From an uncultured virus (IMG/VR IMGVR_UViG_3300001784_000008) (taxonomy: Duplodnaviria > Heunggongvirae > Uroviricota > Caudoviricetes): 20,000 nt of DNA. Below, piece by piece: positions 16,401 to 20,000 of the stretch (positions are counted from its first letter, which is position 1; each line of letters starts with the position of its first letter). The stretch lies in IMG/VR virus record IMGVR_UViG_3300001784_000008. One strand, 5' to 3'. The notes below the pieces were generated by a model. That model saw only the letters and a program-made list of their open reading frames with translations. It was not told the DNA's origin and did not search any database. A program made the translations under genes and the position numbers.

Positions 16401-17344
16401 GTGGCAATATCTCCAATTCCACCAACCTCACTGAAACGTTGGCTGACTTCACCCAGGCGACAGCAACGCAAATAAACTCGCTTAAAGTCACGGTAAACGG
16501 GCAGTCCGCGGCAATCGTCACGAATGCTCAGGTGTCGGCAGATATCAATAATAACCTGAATGCGATGTACAGCATCAAGGTTGCTGTTGATTCTAATGGT
16601 AACCAGTACGCGGCAGGGATGGGGATTGGTGTTCAGAATACGCCTGCGGGTATGCAGTCGCAGGTACTCTTCCTGGCTGACCGCTTCGCTGTGATGACCC
16701 AGGCCGGTGGAGCGGTGACTCTGCCGTTTGTTATCCAGAACGGACAGACGTTTATCCGCGACACCTTTATCCAGGATGGGACAATCGCTAACGCGAAGAT
16801 CGGAAGTTACATTCAGTCCTCAACCTGGGATGGCTCGGGGAATGTTGGCTGGCATATCAATAAATCCGGTTATGCCGTTTTCAATAACATCACCGTGCGT
16901 GGAACTGTATATGCCACTAACGGCAGCTTCAAAGGGTCAGTCGAGGCGACCACTTTTGTCGGTGACATTGCAAACGTCGGGATTGGAAGTGACGTGAATA
17001 TTTCCGGCGGCGGGGTTGGGTCACAAACAATCACGTTTACGGATTCCTCAACATCAGCACTCGGTAAATCAGCACTTCTTGAGGCATTGATTTTCGTTTC
17101 TTCACTGTCTGGTACCACAACAGTCTCCATAACTCTCAGCATCAACGGGAATACGCGTGACTTGGGCACAATCAATGTTCCTGCCGGGACTGGTGGGCTT
17201 TGGATGACCGTAAGACATGCAGTAAGGTGGATCACATCAGCGACTGTAACCGGGACCATCACGGTCATAGGAACAGGAACAGCCAGTAAGACGATATCAG
17301 CACCGACATTAACCATTACCCGTGGTACCGGCTCTTTTGCCTGA
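13442..17344 (+). CDS. Tail tip / host-specificity protein J (central fibre)
   Basis: 1300 aa; KGRKGGSS start, LGEGE, WTDNPAWIFYDL, fibronectin-III-like region, coiled-coil region, and YAAGMGIG...SQVLFLADRFAV lambda-J-like motif. Confidence 0.95.
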   Translation: MATEKVLKGRKGGSSSSRTPTEQPDDLQSVAKAKILVALGEGEFSGQLTGKDIYLDGTALENADGSQNFSGVTWEFRAGTQAQKYIQGIPGTENEISVGTEVSSATAWTRTFTNTQLSAVRLRLKWPSLFKQEDDGDLVGNSVNYAIDIQTDGGTWTTVLNTSVTGKTTSGYERSHRIYLPQAGSTWTIRLRKITADANSAKIGDTMTLQSFTEVIDAKLRYPNTALLYIEFDSSQFNGSIPQISCEPRGRVIRVPDVYDPDTRTYSGTWTGAFKWAWTDNPAWIFYDLVVSDRFGLGDRLTAANIDKWTLYQVAQYCDQQVPDGKGGSGTEPRYTCNVYIQERNEAYTVLRDFAAIFRGMTYWGGDQIVALADMPRDVDYSYTRANVVDGRFTYSSSTTKTRYTTALVSWSDPGNAYADAMEPVFEQALVARYGFNQLEMTAIGCTRQSEANRKGRWGILTNNKDRVISFDVGLDGNIPQPGYIIAVADELLSGKVMGGRISAVNGRVIKLDRVADAAAGDRLILNLPSGASQSRTIQAVNGESVTVTTAYSETPQAEAVWVVESDGLYAQQYRVVSVSDNDDGTFSITGAWHDPDKYARIDTGAIIDQRPVSVIPPGNQSPPANIVISSFSVVQQNISVETMRVSWDQAQNAIAYEAQWRRNDGNWVNVPRSSTASFDVPGIYAGRYLVRVRAINAAEISSGWGYSEEKTLTGKVGNPPKPVGFTASENVVFGIELNWGFPANTDDTLKTEIQYSLTGTEGDAILLADVPYPQRKYQQMGLKAGQIFWYRTQLVDRTGNESGYTDFVRGQASIDVSDITDAILEDMKGSETFKDLIENAVDSNEKIADMADDIKSHADELEKQALAIADNAQKTGQLQQSVSSLDTKVDGVSSSVSQLSQSVATADAALGQRIDNISVSMDGMTGGVKNSAIAIIQNGLAQVTSRRSQTVTNASNSASIDRVDTTIADASQAVASALVTLDASSGGNISNSTNLTETLADFTQATATQINSLKVTVNGQSAAIVTNAQVSADINNNLNAMYSIKVAVDSNGNQYAAGMGIGVQNTPAGMQSQVLFLADRFAVMTQAGGAVTLPFVIQNGQTFIRDTFIQDGTIANAKIGSYIQSSTWDGSGNVGWHINKSGYAVFNNITVRGTVYATNGSFKGSVEATTFVGDIANVGIGSDVNISGGGVGSQTITFTDSSTSALGKSALLEALIFVSSLSGTTTVSITLSINGNTRDLGTINVPAGTGGLWMTVRHAVRWITSATVTGTITVIGTGTASKTISAPTLTITRGTGSFA

Positions 17345-17367
17345 CCTTCTGATATTCCACCTGAATT

Positions 17368-17392
17368 AAAACCCGCCTCGGCGGGGTTTTTT
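17368..17392 (+). terminator. Intrinsic terminator after J
   Basis: AAAACCCGCC-TC-GGCGGGGTTTTTT. Confidence 0.72.
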
Positions 17393-17407
17393 ATTGCCTG
17401 GAGAAAA
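17379..17407 (+). repeat. 29-bp direct repeat, copy 2
   Basis: Identical to 12780-12808. Confidence 0.9.
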
Positions 17408-17408
17408 T

Positions 17409-18719
17409 ATGCTTTATAACACTGGCACCATCGCCATCAACGGAAATACCGCCACCGGGACGGGCACAAACTGGACTGCACCGGCCACTCAGGTTCGTGC
17501 TGGTCAGACGATTATCGTTGCGTCAAACCCGGTGCAGATGTTCCAGATTACAACTGTCGACGGCGCGACATCCTTGACCGTTACGCCTGCCGCATCTCCA
17601 GCGCTCAGCGGCCAGAAGTACGGCATTCTGGTGTCAGACAATATCTCTGTCGACGGGCTGGCCCAGGCGATGTCGCAGCTCATCAAAGAGTATGACGAGA
17701 ACATTGGCGCGTGGGAGACGTTCGCCACTACCTCAGCAAACCAGACCATCACCGTTACCATCAACGGGACCACCGTAACCATCCCTGGCATCGGTAAACT
17801 GGCACAGAAAGGGAGCAACGGTGCGGTTACTGTCGCAGACGGCGGAACCGGCGCAACGAATGCCGCAGACGCTCGCACAAACCTTGGTTTGGGAAGCTCT
17901 GCAACAAAAAACACAGGAAAAACGAGTAATGATGTCATGCAGCCCGGCATGTTTGGTCTTGGGTTAGCTAATGGTGCGATTACAATTAACTCGACTCATT
18001 TAAGTTCGCTGATAAACGACAACTTTGTTACTAAAGGAATGGGGTTATGTGCATTCAGGAATGATGCTCAAGTTACGGGCGGTGATACGCCTTTTCATCA
18101 ATGGTCCCCATCGTTGTTTTTCAGGACCAGTGATACATTTGCTGTGCTCAACTTCCATTATAATGGTGGCCCGATAAGAGTTTTTACTGGTCTTATCAGC
18201 GAGACGAACTTAATTACATCGACAAATGGCAGAACATTGTGGGACACAAAAAATACTACTGTAGACAGTAATGGCTTTATAAAGCAGGCATCCCCGGTCG
18301 TCAAAATCTTCACTGATGGTAAGTATGAAACTAACGACGAATCAGAAGGCGTCACGGTCACTCGTCTGGAAATAGGGCAATATCTTATTGAAGGCTGTAA
18401 AGCACTCAATTCAGACGCTGCATGGGGCGGTATCGACGGAGGTTTTGAAATCCCGACCGACAGGAATAAACAACCGCTGATATGGCTGGATTATGAGGTA
18501 AACGCCGATGGCTCTGTTCTTGTAAAAACATATCACCGCACTTACCCAAACGCCCCTGAGTTTGCCAGAAATGAAATTGATGGGATTAAGGACGGTGATC
18601 CGGTTGATATCCCGGCTGACCAGTTCATCAGTGTTCGTGTGGAAATGCCAGCGGACAGCATCTGGAATCAGCGGCATAAAGAGTTATTGAATGCTGTTGA
18701 ATCAGATCAAGATTCGTGA
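17409..18719 (+). CDS. Side tail fibre protein
   Basis: ATG at 17409 after GGAG; N-terminal YNTGTIAINGNTATGTGTNW anchor, GGTGATNAADARTNLGLG fibre motif, and C-terminal NTTVDSNGFIKQASP...GGIDGGFEIPTDRN domain typical of enterobacterial prophage fibres. Confidence 0.87.
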   Translation: MLYNTGTIAINGNTATGTGTNWTAPATQVRAGQTIIVASNPVQMFQITTVDGATSLTVTPAASPALSGQKYGILVSDNISVDGLAQAMSQLIKEYDENIGAWETFATTSANQTITVTINGTTVTIPGIGKLAQKGSNGAVTVADGGTGATNAADARTNLGLGSSATKNTGKTSNDVMQPGMFGLGLANGAITINSTHLSSLINDNFVTKGMGLCAFRNDAQVTGGDTPFHQWSPSLFFRTSDTFAVLNFHYNGGPIRVFTGLISETNLITSTNGRTLWDTKNTTVDSNGFIKQASPVVKIFTDGKYETNDESEGVTVTRLEIGQYLIEGCKALNSDAAWGGIDGGFEIPTDRNKQPLIWLDYEVNADGSVLVKTYHRTYPNAPEFARNEIDGIKDGDPVDIPADQFISVRVEMPADSIWNQRHKELLNAVESDQDS

Positions 18720-18837
18720 GAAACCGCAGCAACGTTAATAAAAACCGAGCTGCGGGTGACTGCCGGTTGTTCATGCCTAAGCAATCGGCGGGCATAATAC
18801 GTTAGTGTTTTTTAAAGTCCAGTCCAGAAAGTTGTAG

Positions 18838-19077
18838 TTATTCAGATACAAGCCACATATCGGCCTCTTCAAACATTTCCTCCAGCATGCGGTTCAGCTT
18901 TTCCCGATCGCTTTTGCTTGCATCGCTATTCAGGCCGTTTGCCTGCATCGGCTTCACCTTCACTTCGGCATCAGGGAAAATCTGGTGCACCCGCTTCGTC
19001 AGCTCGGCCAGAATGATCTCTCTGGCCCCTTCGAGCCCGTCTACATTTCGCTTGTCATAAACAAGTTCTACAAACAT
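18838..19077 (-). CDS. DinI-family protein
   Basis: MFVELVYDKRN...ELTKRVHQIFPDAEVKVKPMQANGL...LEEMFEEADMW matches the DinI/MsgA family pattern; AAGGAG RBS (complement of 19083-19088); LexA box upstream. Confidence 0.88.
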   Translation of the reverse strand: MFVELVYDKRNVDGLEGAREIILAELTKRVHQIFPDAEVKVKPMQANGLNSDASKSDREKLNRMLEEMFEEADMWLVSE

Positions 19078-19108
19078 AACCACTCCTTAGATATGAAAAT
19101 GTCTCTGC

Positions 19109-19137
19109 TTGATCTGCGCTTATAAAAATACTACTGT
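19109..19137 (+). promoter_or_regulatory. Sigma70 promoter for the rightward SOS operon
   Basis: TTGATC (19109-19114), 17 bp, TACTGT (19132-19137); the -10 overlaps the LexA box. Confidence 0.7.
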
Positions 19138-19153
19138 ATATACATACAGTCAA
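19125..19153 (-). promoter_or_regulatory. Sigma70 promoter for the dinI-like gene
   Basis: On the minus strand TTGACT (19153-19148), 17 bp, TATTTT (19130-19125); the LexA box lies across the spacer and -35. Confidence 0.62.
19134..19149. promoter_or_regulatory. LexA (SOS) box
   Basis: CTGTATATACATACAG = CTG-N10-CAG with a near-consensus AT-alternating core. Confidence 0.92.
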
Positions 19154-19175
19154 TTATTGCTTCAGGAAGCCAGCT

Positions 19176-19415
19176 ATGCCTCGTCAAACAGATATTCGTG
19201 CAGCTTTTGTTGCGGCTATACAAATGAACCCAAAAGGGTATAAGTATCTGCATACAGACGATTTTATCAACGCTCTGCAAGCGAGAAACTGGCACTTTAC
19301 ACAGCATGATGCTAACCAGTGGATCGAGCGTTACCAACCTGACTTTGCAGATAAGACAACCAGTAGCAGTGATAACCGGTATTGGATACTTCGTAACATG
19401 GGGAGGGTTCATTAA
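19176..19415 (+). CDS. Hypothetical protein, predicted SOS-inducible
   Basis: 79 aa, AGGA RBS, directly downstream of the LexA-controlled promoter; TAATG overlap with the next ORF. Confidence 0.75.
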   Translation: MPRQTDIRAAFVAAIQMNPKGYKYLHTDDFINALQARNWHFTQHDANQWIERYQPDFADKTTSSSDNRYWILRNMGRVH

Positions 19416-19732
19416 TGGGATTTGCATCACCTGCAGCAGACTACGCCGAGCGCCCGTTATCCCCAACGGTTCTCTGCAATATTGGTTCAGAGAGCAGGAT
19501 TCTTGAAACTGATGTTGGGTTTGCAGTCGTAGAGCCTGCCACTAAAATAAAGTCTGGTGACGTACTGCTGATCCTGAGTGACGGACATACGCAATTTGCC
19601 AAACTTATGGGTAAGGCACTCATCACTGATGACGGCGAAGCGATAGAGGGAACTGTGCTGGAAGAGGTAGAGGTACTAGGCCGGGTTACGTTCTTCATCA
19701 ATCGTGTTGCAGATGATGACCGCCCGGTCTGA
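19415..19732 (+). CDS. UmuD'-like (P1 HumD-like) protein lacking the N-terminal arm and peptidase dyad
   Basis: Starts MGFASPAADY, matching the mature UmuD' N-terminus GFPSPAADY; GDVLLILSDG and EVLGRVTFFI align with the S24 fold; no GDSM motif. Confidence 0.75.
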   Translation: MGFASPAADYAERPLSPTVLCNIGSESRILETDVGFAVVEPATKIKSGDVLLILSDGHTQFAKLMGKALITDDGEAIEGTVLEEVEVLGRVTFFINRVADDDRPV

Positions 19733-19827
19733 AGAAGCAAGTTCAGGAAAGGGGCTGTTTTTATTGCCGCTGTCCGGTTGCAGTCGTATCACCATTTTCC
19801 TGTCTGAAAAGGTAAAAATGTCGGCAG

Positions 19828-19858
19828 TTATTCCCCCATTATTCCCCAGTTATTCCCC
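19828..19858 (+). repeat. Three TTATTCCCC direct repeats at 11-bp period (probable integrase arm-type sites)
   Basis: Copies start at 19828, 19839 and 19850, about 60-90 bp from the tRNA 3' end. Confidence 0.7.
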
Positions 19859-19875
19859 GTACAAAATTAAGACAT

Positions 19876-19905
19876 AAAAAAACCAGCCATAAGAGGCTGG
19901 TTTTT
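19876..19905 (-). terminator. Bidirectional intrinsic terminator downstream of the tRNA
   Basis: AAAAAAACCAGCC-ATAAGA-GGCTGGTTTTT, with A/T tails on both sides. Confidence 0.8.
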
Positions 19906-19915
19906 AACGTGTTTT

Positions 19916-19992
19916 TGGTCGGCACGAGAGGATTTGAACCTCCGACCCCCGACACCCCATGACGGTGCGCTACCAGGCTGCGCTACGTGCCG
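19916..19992 (-). tRNA. proL: tRNA-Pro(GGG)
   Basis: Reverse complement CGGCACGTAGCGCAGCCTGGTAGCGCACCGTCATGGGGTGTCGGGGGTCGGAGGTTCAAATCCTCTCGTGCCGACCA: 77 nt, anticodon GGG, TTC loop, encoded CCA. Confidence 0.97.
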
Positions 19993-20000
19993 ACGCGTAA

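Larger units (their letters stand above)
1..19915 (+). mobile_element. Lambdoid (HK97-type head, lambda-type tail tip) prophage, right arm, probably integrated at the 3' end of tRNA-Pro
   Basis: Continuous head-to-tail gene synteny ending next to a tRNA 3' end; integrase and the other att site are not in the window. Confidence 0.92.

Noticed and set aside
7389..17316. Numerous 60-150 aa alternative-frame and antisense ORFs inside tape measure, L, K and J
   Set aside because: Fully nested in conserved structural genes, with no recognisable domains; expected by chance.
17409..18837. Diversity-generating retroelement or invertible tail-fibre switch
   Set aside because: No reverse transcriptase, no template/variable repeat pair, no invertase and no inverted second fibre segment seen in the window.
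19176..19732. Complete umuDC (Pol V) operon
   Set aside because: No UmuC-sized Y-family polymerase ORF; only a short UmuD'-like ORF and an unrelated 79-aa ORF.
19131..19740. Minus-strand ORFs 19131-19466 and 19441-19740
   Set aside because: Antisense to the RBS- and promoter-supported + strand genes; the first also runs into the LexA box.

Overview
The window is the virion-morphogenesis (late) arm and right end of a lambdoid siphovirus prophage in an enterobacterial chromosome. Gene order on the + strand: terminase large subunit (5'-truncated), small membrane ORF, HK97-type portal, prohead protease and major capsid, a (QPE)n tandem-repeat ORF, a frameshifted head-tail connector, head-closure, HK97-gp10-like, tail terminator, tail tube, G/G-T chaperones with a GGGAAAG -1 slippery site, tape measure, lambda-like M, L, K, a YebO-like moron, I, J and a side tail fibre. 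A divergent SOS cassette follows, in which one LexA box covers two overlapping promoters driving dinI-like (left) and a 79-aa ORF plus a pre-cleaved UmuD'/HumD-like ORF (right). The window ends with three 11-bp-spaced TTATTCCCC repeats (probable integrase arm sites) and an intact tRNA-Pro(GGG), the probable att site. The most notable observations are the SOS cassette, a hairpin that would silence the moron on late read-through mRNA only, a 29-bp terminator+RBS module duplicated around I-J, and the tandem repeat with clustered indels. All family assignments are from recognition of motifs and synteny; no database search was run.
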